Origin: an uncultured Alphaproteobacteria bacterium
Lineage (GTDB): Bacteria; Pseudomonadota; Alphaproteobacteria; HIMB59
Direction of reading: 5' to 3'
Length of the DNA stretch: 64,000 nt
Assembly (NCBI GenBank): GCA_902592365.1
Contig: CACJEH010000001.1
Coordinates: 29,101 to 93,100, forward strand
Under the pieces are notes generated by a model. That model had not been told where the DNA came from, did no database searches, and saw only the letters and a program-made list of their open reading frames with translations. Within the stretch, counting starts at the first letter, position 1. The number at the start of each line of letters is the position of its first letter. The translations under genes and the position numbers were made by a program. Positions 11,890 through 20,987 of the stretch are shown in pieces.

Positions 11890-12492
11890 ATGTTTGACAG
11901 AAAAATTCAATTATATACTCAAACATCTTTAATATTTATAGGTAATTTTATAAAAAAATTCTTAAATGCTAATCAAATAACCTTTATAGGATTTATATTT
12001 GGAGTGCTAATGTGCATATCAATACTTTATAATAATTATAATCTTGCAATAATTTTCTTATTACTTAATAGATCTTTTGATGGACTTGATGGTGTAGTGG
12101 CTAGACTATCTACACCAACACCATTAGGAGGTTTTTTGGATATTGTTTTTGATTTTATAATATATTCAGGTTTTGTATTAGCATTTGGATTAAGTAGTGA
12201 TGATAATACGTTAGTATCAATGATATTAATTTTTTCATTTATTTGTACTGGCACTACTTTTTTAGCAAAATCTGCAATAAATTCCTCAATGAAACTTAGA
12301 CTTAATGCAACAGAAATTCCTAAAAGTTTTTATTATTCTCAGGGAATTGTTGAAGGGTTTGAAACTACTATATATATGTTGCTTTGTTTAATATTCCCAA
12401 AATTATATATTTTTTTTTCTATAATATTTATAATCATGTGTTTAATTACTACATTTTCAAGAGTGGTTGTAACTTACAAAGAGCTTTCTTAA
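11890..12492 (+). CDS. CDP-alcohol phosphatidyltransferase family protein
   Basis: NQIT and DGLDGVVAR...GGFLDIVFD signature. Confidence 0.88.
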   Translation: MFDRKIQLYTQTSLIFIGNFIKKFLNANQITFIGFIFGVLMCISILYNNYNLAIIFLLLNRSFDGLDGVVARLSTPTPLGGFLDIVFDFIIYSGFVLAFGLSSDDNTLVSMILIFSFICTGTTFLAKSAINSSMKLRLNATEIPKSFYYSQGIVEGFETTIYMLLCLIFPKLYIFFSIIFIIMCLITTFSRVVVTYKELS

Positions 12493-12561
12493 AATTTTAA
12501 TCTATATTAACAGGATTTTTTATAGCGAAAGGCAAAGTTGTAATTAGGCTTTAGATATATT

Positions 12562-12930
12562 TTAAAATTTTGTTTGTCCAAAAAATCCTATATATATCTC
12601 CATAAATATCATAGAAATAATTAAAGTAAGAATAAAAAAAAATAATTTTATAAAAATTCTTGTGACTCTTCCACTTTCAAAGCGTGCATAATAAGCTTCA
12701 AATATATCGAGGTTATTAAAAAAATTTTTATTAACAAAACTTTTTAATAAAAAAAATAATTTTGCCAATGGCCTAACAACAATAAAATTTCCCATAACGG
12801 AAAATACTATTACAATAACTAAGCTTATGTTCATTACAAAGGACCAAATGATTAAAGATCCAATCCAATACCCTAAAAACAGCAACCTTTCTTTTTGTTG
12901 AGGGTGAATATAAGCTTGAAAAAAATTCAT
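12562..12930 (-). CDS. Hypothetical membrane protein
   Basis: Starts 1 nt after the upstream stop; 2-3 hydrophobic segments. Confidence 0.55.
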   Translation of the reverse strand: MNFFQAYIHPQQKERLLFLGYWIGSLIIWSFVMNISLVIVIVFSVMGNFIVVRPLAKLFFLLKSFVNKNFFNNLDIFEAYYARFESGRVTRIFIKLFFFILTLIISMIFMEIYIGFFGQTKF

Positions 12931-12931
12931 T

Positions 12932-13963
12932 TTATTTTAATCCATCTAAAGCCATTTCACTTGCGATATTGGATGCTAAAATTATATCTTTTTGCGATTT
13001 TTCTAAGATAAATTTTGTACGTGATTTTATTTTTTTTAAAAGGTCATCTACAATTTTGTCATCTGGTTCGAGATCTTCTTTAATACTAATTCTTGAACCT
13101 AATATAATTACACCACCAGCGTTGGCACAATAATCTGGACAATATAATATACCTTTGTTAAACAATGCTTTTTCTATATCTATATTATCCAGTTGATTAT
13201 TTGCAGATCCAGTAATCATTGATATTTTATTATTCGCAAAATTTAAAAACTTGGCATTCAAATCGCCTCCTCCTGCACAAGGAGAGTAAATATCAATTTT
13301 TTCAAAGGATGTATCTTGGAGTTGACTACAAAATTTATAACCATCTCTCTCAATCAAATCTTTTTTATGTTCTAAGTCAGAAATTTCAATATTTGCTCCG
13401 TCTTTTTTACACAAAGAAGCAATTCTAGACCCAGTCTTACCATATCCTTTAATAAATATATTTTTATTTACTAATGAGTCTTGTCCAAATTTAAATTCTA
13501 CACATCCTAACATTGAATAATAAACACCTAATGCGGTACTTAATCCGGAGTCAGAACCTATAGGGTTACAGACATGATCTGAATATTCTCTAAATCCTCT
13601 TAGGTCCTCATCAATTGTTCCCATATCTCCAGCTGTTATATAATTACCATTAAGTTTGTTTAAAACTTCTCCGAATAAACTATATGCATCTTTTTTATTT
13701 ATTTTAGAGTGAATAGTAGCTTTCCCACCACCAAAAGGAAGTTCAGCCAAAGAATTCTTATACGTCATTGCTTCAGCTAATTTTAAAACATCTTCTTCTT
13801 GCTTATTTAAATCCTTATAATTGAAATATCTGCATCCACCCAAAGCAGGGCCTCTTTTAGTATTGTGAATAGCAATTACTGAGTAGAAATTAAATTTATC
13901 CTCCTCAGCATAGACTACTCTTTCAAATCCCTCTTTTGGTTTATCTTTAATATTTAAAGTCAT
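12932..13963 (-). CDS. Glu/Leu/Phe/Val dehydrogenase (leucine dehydrogenase-like)
   Basis: IAIHNTKRGPALGGCR, MTYKN, GGGKA, ANNQL and NAGGVI motifs. Confidence 0.88.
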   Translation of the reverse strand: MTLNIKDKPKEGFERVVYAEEDKFNFYSVIAIHNTKRGPALGGCRYFNYKDLNKQEEDVLKLAEAMTYKNSLAELPFGGGKATIHSKINKKDAYSLFGEVLNKLNGNYITAGDMGTIDEDLRGFREYSDHVCNPIGSDSGLSTALGVYYSMLGCVEFKFGQDSLVNKNIFIKGYGKTGSRIASLCKKDGANIEISDLEHKKDLIERDGYKFCSQLQDTSFEKIDIYSPCAGGGDLNAKFLNFANNKISMITGSANNQLDNIDIEKALFNKGILYCPDYCANAGGVIILGSRISIKEDLEPDDKIVDDLLKKIKSRTKFILEKSQKDIILASNIASEMALDGLK

Positions 13964-14357
13964 TACTACTTATATAGTCAATTAATTTAAGGTCTCCCTC
14001 TAAAAAATCATATTCACGAATATCCTTAATTTCAATCCATTTTAGCTCTTTATGAAAATTATTTAAAACCTTACCACTAAAATTATTAACTAAATAAAAA
14101 AATATAAGTACCCTTTTATTCAAGTCTTTATAATTAAAATTATAACTGATCAGCTCCTCAAAATTAATAATATTAATTGATAGCTCTTCATTAATTTCCC
14201 TAATTAAAGCCTCCTCATTAGTCTCATCATTTTTGATTTTACCCCCAGGAAATTCCCATTTTAATGGATGATCCTTAAAGTTTGGTCTTTGACATATCAA
14301 AAGTTTATCATTTTGTAGGATTAAACCTGCTACAACTTTTGTTTTTTTAATTTTCAT
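13947..14357 (-). CDS. mutT: MutT-like Nudix hydrolase
   Basis: WEFPGGK....ET...ALIREINEEL Nudix box; ATG at 14357 preferred over the ORF-track start. Confidence 0.75.
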   Translation of the reverse strand: MKIKKTKVVAGLILQNDKLLICQRPNFKDHPLKWEFPGGKIKNDETNEEALIREINEELSINIINFEELISYNFNYKDLNKRVLIFFYLVNNFSGKVLNNFHKELKWIEIKDIREYDFLEGDLKLIDYISSNDFKY

Positions 14358-15222
14358 ATTTTGTTTTAGCAATATAAATACCTATCAAAATTAATGCACT
14401 TCCAAAAAATTGTATCAAAGTTAATTTTTCTTGGAAAAAAAAATACGCCAACAGGGTCGCAGCAATTGGTTGTATCAAAAGACTTAAAGATGATAAGGAA
14501 GCAGATAAAAATGCTAGAGAGTAAGCTATAAAAGATTGTCCAATGAATTGGCATACAAAACCTAATAAAAATAGAATTGCTATTGCGTAAAAAGATTTTG
14601 GCACTAAAATTTGCTCAAAAAATATCGCGACCAAAAGTAAAATAATTGAACTTATACATCCTGAAAAAAACATAATCGTACTTGAATTTAAATCTTTTCT
14701 TAATTGGCTAATAGTAAGAATATAAAAACCATACCAAATTGCTGTTAGAACACCTAAAAGATCTCCCAAAAATTGTGATTTATAAAATTGAAAGCTCTCA
14801 CCTAATAACAAGGTCATACCGCTCATCGAAATAAATATGGCAATAAAAAAAAACTTAGAAAATTTTTCTTTAAGAAATATTAATGAAAATAAAATTACTA
14901 CAATTGGAGCTAAATTAGATAAAAATGTTGCCTTAGAAACTGTGGTAAGTTTGATAGACAAATGCCAACAAATTAAATCTAATGAAAAAAAGACACCCGA
15001 GATAAAAATAATTAAAAATTTATTTTTAAAAACAGGAAAGTTTACTTTTTCAATAATTTTCAGTGACCCAAACATTAAAAAAAAAGGAAGGCTCACGAAT
15101 ACCCTAAAAAAAGCAGTCATTATAGGATCAACCTCTGATAGTCGAACAAATATAGGAGAAAAAGCAATACTTACTGCGCCAATAACTAAGATTAGAAAAG
15201 GATTGATCTTAAGATTAAGCAA
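14347..15222 (-). CDS. DMT/EamA family transporter
   Basis: About 10 TM helices in two EamA repeats. Confidence 0.85.
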   Translation of the reverse strand: MLNLKINPFLILVIGAVSIAFSPIFVRLSEVDPIMTAFFRVFVSLPFFLMFGSLKIIEKVNFPVFKNKFLIIFISGVFFSLDLICWHLSIKLTTVSKATFLSNLAPIVVILFSLIFLKEKFSKFFFIAIFISMSGMTLLLGESFQFYKSQFLGDLLGVLTAIWYGFYILTISQLRKDLNSSTIMFFSGCISSIILLLVAIFFEQILVPKSFYAIAILFLLGFVCQFIGQSFIAYSLAFLSASLSSLSLLIQPIAATLLAYFFFQEKLTLIQFFGSALILIGIYIAKTKYEN

Positions 15223-16411
15223 AAACTTCTTCGGATTTTTCTTTTTCTATAATTGGAAAATGGATGATTGCAGAAAATAAAGAAATTACTATCGCCATTA
15301 TCCAAGCTATATCGAGTGAGCCATAAATATCTATAACTAAACCACCAATAAAAGAACCAAGAAATGCTCCTGCTTGATGGGAAACCATTACAATTCCAAA
15401 TAAGGTCGAAAGGTATCTTGTGCCAAATCTATTTGACACAATTCCTGAAGTCGGTGGGACTGTTGATAGCCATAAAAGACCAATACAACAACTAAAGGCT
15501 ATAATTGTGAAATTGTTAGTAGGCAAAATTAATAATAAAAAAATTACTATGCTTCTTACAAAATAAATAAATGATAATATATATTTTTTTTTAACGATGC
15601 CTGAAACCTTTCCTGAAATTAAAGTACCAATCATATTAAATAATCCAATTAAAGTAAGACCTGTTGCAGCTATTGTAGTTTCTAAACCTTTAATTTTTGC
15701 AAAAACTGGAAGATAGTTTGAAATTAAAGCAACATGTAAGCCACAAACAAAAAAACCTAAAATAAGATAGTTATAACTTTTATCCTTAAAGGCTTTTTTT
15801 ATGACATCTGATATTTTTCTTTTTGTAAATTCTTTCTTATCTTTTTTTTGTGGCTTAGGCAAAAGGAATATAAGTGATAGAGGAATGATGAACAGAAAAA
15901 ACATAGATGTAATTTGAAAAGAAAAACTCCATTTAAAGGTTGTGACTAAAAATTGGTTAACAGGTGTAAATATAAACATCCCTGTTGCAGCAAGGGACAT
16001 AAGTATTCCTGTAACTGTGCTTTGTGTTTTATCATCCTCAAAATATTTTGAGACTCCACCAATTATAACTGGTACAGAAATAACACCAGCTGAAATACCC
16101 CCAATTATGCCAATACCAAATAAAAAATGTAAAGGATGTATCGCTGAAGAAGCAACATAGAAACTAAGAGATACACCAAAGAAGCCAAAACAAAGAGTTT
16201 TTACATAGCCCTTTTGTTCAGCAAATGCACCAGCAATGGGTGACATTGCTCCCCAAAGCAAATTAAAAAGACCATATGTTAAACCTATTATCGATGCACT
16301 AAAAACTGTAGAGCTTAAAAGATCTGGAACATATATCCCTAGAGACATTCTAAATCCGTTTCCTACTGATAGTATTAATCCAGCAACTAAAACTAATAGA
16401 ATTGTTCTCAT
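15215..16411 (-). CDS. MFS transporter
   Basis: About 12 TM helices; GFFVCG.H, LWLSTVPPT and SHQ.GAFLG motifs. Confidence 0.88.
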   Translation of the reverse strand: MRTILLVLVAGLILSVGNGFRMSLGIYVPDLLSSTVFSASIIGLTYGLFNLLWGAMSPIAGAFAEQKGYVKTLCFGFFGVSLSFYVASSAIHPLHFLFGIGIIGGISAGVISVPVIIGGVSKYFEDDKTQSTVTGILMSLAATGMFIFTPVNQFLVTTFKWSFSFQITSMFFLFIIPLSLIFLLPKPQKKDKKEFTKRKISDVIKKAFKDKSYNYLILGFFVCGLHVALISNYLPVFAKIKGLETTIAATGLTLIGLFNMIGTLISGKVSGIVKKKYILSFIYFVRSIVIFLLLILPTNNFTIIAFSCCIGLLWLSTVPPTSGIVSNRFGTRYLSTLFGIVMVSHQAGAFLGSFIGGLVIDIYGSLDIAWIMAIVISLFSAIIHFPIIEKEKSEEVFA

Positions 16412-16483
16412 TTACTTAAAATATATGAATCAAATCAAAAAAATATGTTTATTTTTGAAGTTAAATATCTATTATACGCCGTC

Positions 16484-16567
16484 ATGGGTTATCCTAAAAA
16501 ACACAGAGGCAGAAGAAAAATCGGTTCACGAAAAAGAAGAGCTAAAAGAAGAGCTAAAAAGAAATAG
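16484..16567 (+). CDS. 27-aa highly basic peptide MGYPKKHRGRRKIGSRKRRAKRRAKKK, candidate bS22/mS38-like ribosomal protein
   Basis: Translated by hand; 16 of 27 residues are K/R and none is acidic; fills the gap between the MFS gene and msrB. Confidence 0.65.
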   Translation: MGYPKKHRGRRKIGSRKRRAKRRAKKK

Positions 16568-16602
16568 TATTTTCAATTATTATAATTTATTCCTGATATT
16601 TT

Positions 16603-17070
16603 ATGGTTGTTTTAAACAGAAGAAAATTTATATCATTAATAATTGGTGGATGTTTTGTTGGATATAATCCCCTGGTTGCTATGGAAAAATTAATTCTTAC
16701 AGATGAGGAATGGAAATTAAGATTATCAGATGAAGAGTATTACGTCTTAAGACAACATGGAACTGAAAGACCTGGTATTAGTGTGCTTAATAATGAAAAG
16801 AGAAAAGGTACTTACCATTGTGCAGGATGTAAATTACCCCTATTCTCATCGGATATGAAATATGATAGCGGAACTGGCTGGCCTTCATTTTTTGATTATC
16901 TTCCTAATGCTTTAGGTTTTAAAACAGATTTTAAACTGGTGTTTCCACGAAAAGAATATCATTGTGCTAAATGTGGCGGACATCACGGACACGTCTTCAA
17001 AGATGGCCCGGAACCTACTGGTTTAAGATACTGTAATAACGGTGTAGCTTTAAACTTTATTCCAGATTAA
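16603..17070 (+). CDS. msrB: Peptide-methionine (R)-S-oxide reductase with an N-terminal RR-containing leader
   Basis: GTERP, CAGC, SGTGWPSF, CAKC..HHGHVF.DGP.PTG.RYCNNG. Confidence 0.95.
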   Translation: MVVLNRRKFISLIIGGCFVGYNPLVAMEKLILTDEEWKLRLSDEEYYVLRQHGTERPGISVLNNEKRKGTYHCAGCKLPLFSSDMKYDSGTGWPSFFDYLPNALGFKTDFKLVFPRKEYHCAKCGGHHGHVFKDGPEPTGLRYCNNGVALNFIPD

Positions 17071-17612
17071 TTTTTTTTTATAAGTAAATATGTTAAAGAA
17101 ATAGCAAGTGCTATCTTTAAAAGTTCACTGTAAATAAAAGGATATAAGCCTGCATTTATAGATTTCTCTAATCCTATGAAGCTAGATAAGTGGGCAATAC
17201 CACAAACAAAAATAATTATCGCGCCTATAAAAATAGATAAAATGATTTTTATTAAATTTTTACTAAAAAGATTTTTTGAAAAATACGCTATTACAAAAGA
17301 AGATAAAATCATTCCATAAAGAAATCCAAATGTTGGGGACATGACATAACCAAAACCTCCACCTGCAGCAAAGATGGGAAGGCCAATAAGTCCCAGAGTC
17401 ACATATGATACAGTTGCATAAAATCCAACCATACCCATTGAGGCAGCAATAAAATATACAACAAATGTTTGTAATGTCATCGGCACAGGATAGAAGGGTA
17501 TACTGATTTTACTAGAAACTGATAAGAGAATAATTCCTAAAAGAAAAAATACTATCTTTGATAAATTACTTTGTGCGTACTGACTTAAAATTGTTATATT
17601 TTTATTTTCCAT
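17067..17612 (-). CDS. bioY: Biotin transporter BioY
   Basis: PVPMTLQT, GLPIFA and PTFGFLYG motifs. Confidence 0.9.
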   Translation of the reverse strand: MENKNITILSQYAQSNLSKIVFFLLGIILLSVSSKISIPFYPVPMTLQTFVVYFIAASMGMVGFYATVSYVTLGLIGLPIFAAGGGFGYVMSPTFGFLYGMILSSFVIAYFSKNLFSKNLIKIILSIFIGAIIIFVCGIAHLSSFIGLEKSINAGLYPFIYSELLKIALAISLTYLLIKKN

Positions 17613-17650
17613 ATTAATTATTTATAATTTTGGAGTGATTTGTGCAATAA

Positions 17651-18610
17651 TTATAATTGGCCTCTAATCAATTCTTTTAGTTTCAATAAATCCTTATTAA
17701 ATAATCTAATACCCTCAGCTAGTTTAAAAGATGCCATCTGATTTTCATTTAAATGCCAACGAAATGAGCTCTCATTCACATTAATTCTCTCAATATCCAA
17801 TGAAGATGAGCTTTCTTTTGACAATTTAAGTTTAATTTCACCATCATTTTGACTTAACTCTTCTAAAAGAGTCGGGCTGATTGTTAATTTATCACATCCA
17901 GCTAAATTAATTATTTCATCCTTATTTCTAAATGATGCTGCCATAACAATAGTGTTATAATTAAATTTTTTAAAATAATTAAAGATCTTCTCTACACTCT
18001 CAACACCTGGGTCATTTGATGAGTCATAATCTTTTTGTGAATTTGATTTAAACCAATCAAGTATCCTTCCCACAAATGGTGAAATTAAAAATGCTCCTGC
18101 TTCAGCACAAGCTATTGCTTGTGTTAAAGAAAAAATGAGTGTGCAATTACAAGATATTCCCTCTGCCTCTAATTTTTTTACTGCTTGTATTCCTTCCCAT
18201 GTGCCTGCAATTTTAATTAATATTCTATTCTTGGGGACACCTGATTGCTCATAGCTATTGATTATTTGCTTTGCCTTTTCAACAGTAGCTTCAGTATTAA
18301 ATGATAAATCAGAGTCGACCTCGGTAGAAACATATCCTGGCACAATTTTGGTTAATTCTATACCAAAAGAAATAGTTAGTTGATCAGCAATGTAATTAAC
18401 TTGATCGTCAGTTTGAGAAAATTTTCTACTTTTTGAATTACTTATTACTTCATCAACTAGTTTTTTGTATTTGTTTGATTGAACAGCTTTAAATATTAGA
18501 GATGGATTGGTAGTACAGTCATCTGGGTTAAATTTTTGAATACTGTCAATATCTCCTGTGTCTGCAACAACTGATGAAAATTTTTTAAGACTATCTAATT
18601 GAGATACCAT
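17651..18610 (-). CDS. tal: Transaldolase (long TalB type)
   Basis: VVADTGD, TTNPSL, VSTEVD, LIKIAGTWEGI, ISPFVGRI, MAASFR. Confidence 0.95.
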   Translation of the reverse strand: MVSQLDSLKKFSSVVADTGDIDSIQKFNPDDCTTNPSLIFKAVQSNKYKKLVDEVISNSKSRKFSQTDDQVNYIADQLTISFGIELTKIVPGYVSTEVDSDLSFNTEATVEKAKQIINSYEQSGVPKNRILIKIAGTWEGIQAVKKLEAEGISCNCTLIFSLTQAIACAEAGAFLISPFVGRILDWFKSNSQKDYDSSNDPGVESVEKIFNYFKKFNYNTIVMAASFRNKDEIINLAGCDKLTISPTLLEELSQNDGEIKLKLSKESSSSLDIERINVNESSFRWHLNENQMASFKLAEGIRLFNKDLLKLKELIRGQL

Positions 18611-18666
18611 GAAAATAAATATTCTTTCTTAACGATTATTTAAGCTATATATTAATTGAAGTTCTT

Positions 18667-19173
18667 ATGCAAAAAAAAATAATTATTTGTGGATTAGCAG
18701 ATATCCAAGAGTGTGTTGATAAATTTAGCCCAGATAAAATGCTTACTATTATTAATAAAAATTTTGAGCCTGAAACCCCATCAGGTATGGATAAAAATAG
18801 ACACTTGAAAATGTTAATTGATGATATTTCTGAGCCAAGAGAGGGATTTATATTACCTGAAAAACATCATACTCAAGCATTATTAGATTTCACAGATGAT
18901 TGGGATAAAACTAAACCTATTTTAGTCCATTGTCATATGGGTATAAGTCGATCTACTGCAACAAGTTTAGGCATAGCGGCAAAATATTCCCCTGAAAATA
19001 TTGAGCTTATAATTGAAAACTTAAAAGAAATCGCACCACACGCCAGCCCTAATAAGATTATGATGAGATATTATGATGAAATATTGGGTTTAGATAACAG
19101 ACTATATGGGTCAGTTCCATACTTCGACCCTGAGCCAATAGAAGAAAGTAGAATAGTAGAGTTAAATTTTTAG
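18667..19173 (+). CDS. Predicted Cys-based protein-tyrosine phosphatase-like protein
   Basis: HCHMGISRST (CX5R P-loop), DDI acid loop, ASPN motif. Confidence 0.8.
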   Translation: MQKKIIICGLADIQECVDKFSPDKMLTIINKNFEPETPSGMDKNRHLKMLIDDISEPREGFILPEKHHTQALLDFTDDWDKTKPILVHCHMGISRSTATSLGIAAKYSPENIELIIENLKEIAPHASPNKIMMRYYDEILGLDNRLYGSVPYFDPEPIEESRIVELNF

Positions 19174-19182
19174 GATAATTAA

Positions 19183-19341
19183 ATGAAACATAGTTGTGAA
19201 GTATGTAAAAAAAAGATTGAGGAGCCTTTATATTGGGCTGATCCTAATTTTTATGATATTCCAAAAAAAGTATTTTTTTGTGATGCCAAATGTTCACTAA
19301 TTTATTACAAGAAAATTAAAAAATTATTTAAAAATCAATAA
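19183..19341 (+). CDS. 52-aa TRASH/treble-clef-like Cys4 metal-binding protein
   Basis: MKHSCEVCKKKIEEPLYWADPNFYDIPKKVFFCDAKCSLIYYKKIKKLFKNQ; CxxC-x24-CxxxC; AGGA RBS at 19172. Confidence 0.7.
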   Translation: MKHSCEVCKKKIEEPLYWADPNFYDIPKKVFFCDAKCSLIYYKKIKKLFKNQ

Positions 19342-19352
19342 ATTCAATACAT

Positions 19353-19379
19353 TTAGCTGTGCAAATTTTGCACAGCTAA
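19353..19379. repeat. 27-bp palindrome (terminator or operator)
   Basis: TTAGCTGTGCAAA-T-TTTGCACAGCTAA, perfect 13-bp arms. Confidence 0.75.
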
Positions 19380-19396
19380 GTTCTATTATCTGCAAT

Positions 19397-19424
19397 TTGA
19401 CTTTAGAAAAAAAATTAGTATAAA
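19397..19424 (+). promoter_or_regulatory. Sigma-70 promoter upstream of the candidate sRNA
   Basis: TTGACT-N16-TATAAA. Confidence 0.55.
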
Positions 19425-19430
19425 GCACCA

Positions 19431-19489
19431 ATCAAAAACTAGCTCCATCCTTATTCCTATCCTTACTTATTCCTCCGGGGCTAGTTTTT
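19431..19489 (+). ncRNA. Candidate small RNA: 13-bp stem closing a 30-nt G-free loop with repeated anti-SD (UCCU/CCUCC) motifs
   Basis: AAAAACTAGCTCC / GGGGCTAGTTTTT stem with a U-G wobble that pairs only on the + strand; promoter upstream; ends in U5. Confidence 0.6.
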
Positions 19490-19557
19490 ATAATATCTCA
19501 AAATTACAAATTAAACTTAAACTTTATTATAATATTTATTTGATATAATTTTTTAAT

Positions 19558-20985
19558 ATGAGTGATCATTATATTTTCTGGGATCTCGAAACAACAGGTC
19601 GTAATGATAAATTTAATCAAATAACACAAGTTGGTGCTGTGTTAACTAATAATAAATTTGAAGTTAAAGACAAATTAGAAATACATAGTAAGTTAAGAGA
19701 GGGAAAATGGTTCGAGCCAGGTGCTTTAATAACAACTGGGGTAGATCCAACTAGTTTAATACAAAATAATTACCCAAATTATTATGAAGCTAGTGCTCAA
19801 TTGTATGAAACATTTCAACAATGGTCATCCTCATCAGCTATTTTTGTAGGTTTCAATAATATAAATTTTGATGAACCCTTTTTACGACAGGCACTTTATC
19901 AAAACTTATTACCTGAAATTTATATGACTGTGACTAACAATAATGTACGTATGGATGTTTTTGATATATTAAGGTTAGTTTCAGTTTATAGCCCTGAACA
20001 TATTAAATTTAATACTGATGATCAAGGGTATCCGATACTTAAATTAGATGAAATTTCTAAACTAAATAATATATCAATAAATTATGACGCAGGTCCTCAT
20101 GATGCTGTTTTTGATAGCTTAATTACATTGGAACTTAATAAGATATTAAATATAAGGTGTCGAAATATTTGGAACTCTGCATATGAATTTCGACATAGAG
20201 ACACTCCTAAGAGATTCATGCTAGATAATTTAGTTTTTACAAACACGACCTTTTGGGGAAGAAGACCCACAATCAAAGCTCAAACTTTAATTGGAGGCAT
20301 TCCATCAAGAAATCATCACTATTTAGTTTATAATTTGCTTTTTGATCCAGTTAAAATCATAGAATTAGAAGATAAAGATTTAATTAAGAAAATGAATGAT
20401 GGGGCTAAAAGAATTTGTGAAGTTTTTGATGGGTCAAAATCAAAAACACTTTTAAATGAAAGTTATTCATTCAAAGATAATAAATATGCTGAAATAGGTG
20501 TAGATGAACTTAGAAAAAGAGCAAATTTTATTAAAAAAAATGAGGAATTTTGCTCTCGTCTAATTAAACTTCACCTCTCAAATCAAAAAGAATGGCCTGA
20601 ACCATTTAATGTTGAGGATAGAATATTTGAGAGTTTCCCATCGCATCAAGATAAAAAGTTAATGATTGATTTTCATATCGCACCGAACGATAAGAAATAT
20701 GAAATTGCAAAACAATTCAAAGATGACCGATATAAAGAAATAGCTGTGCGAATTTTATATGAAATAGCACCCCACACCCTGCCTGAAAATGACAAAAGAA
20801 ATTATGAATTTGAAATTAAAGAGCGTTTTAATGATGATGATAAATCTAAATGGAATTCTAAAAATAAAATTCTCTCTAGTTTAGATACCGACCTAGATAA
20901 AATGATTAAAGATGAAGATGAAAAAATTCAGTTTAAACAAAAAGTTATAACATTCTTAAATAATGAGTCAGCAAAATGGAATTGA
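19558..20985 (+). CDS. sbcB: Exodeoxyribonuclease I (DEDDh family)
   Basis: WDLETTG, GFNNINFDE and HDAVFD motifs; length fits ExoI. Confidence 0.85.
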   Translation: MSDHYIFWDLETTGRNDKFNQITQVGAVLTNNKFEVKDKLEIHSKLREGKWFEPGALITTGVDPTSLIQNNYPNYYEASAQLYETFQQWSSSSAIFVGFNNINFDEPFLRQALYQNLLPEIYMTVTNNNVRMDVFDILRLVSVYSPEHIKFNTDDQGYPILKLDEISKLNNISINYDAGPHDAVFDSLITLELNKILNIRCRNIWNSAYEFRHRDTPKRFMLDNLVFTNTTFWGRRPTIKAQTLIGGIPSRNHHYLVYNLLFDPVKIIELEDKDLIKKMNDGAKRICEVFDGSKSKTLLNESYSFKDNKYAEIGVDELRKRANFIKKNEEFCSRLIKLHLSNQKEWPEPFNVEDRIFESFPSHQDKKLMIDFHIAPNDKKYEIAKQFKDDRYKEIAVRILYEIAPHTLPENDKRNYEFEIKERFNDDDKSKWNSKNKILSSLDTDLDKMIKDEDEKIQFKQKVITFLNNESAKWN

Positions 20986-20987
20986 GA

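Noticed and set aside
16236-16667. 143-aa + strand ORF from the track
   Set aside because: Overlaps both the MFS gene and msrB; the gap is better explained by the 27-aa basic ORF in another frame.
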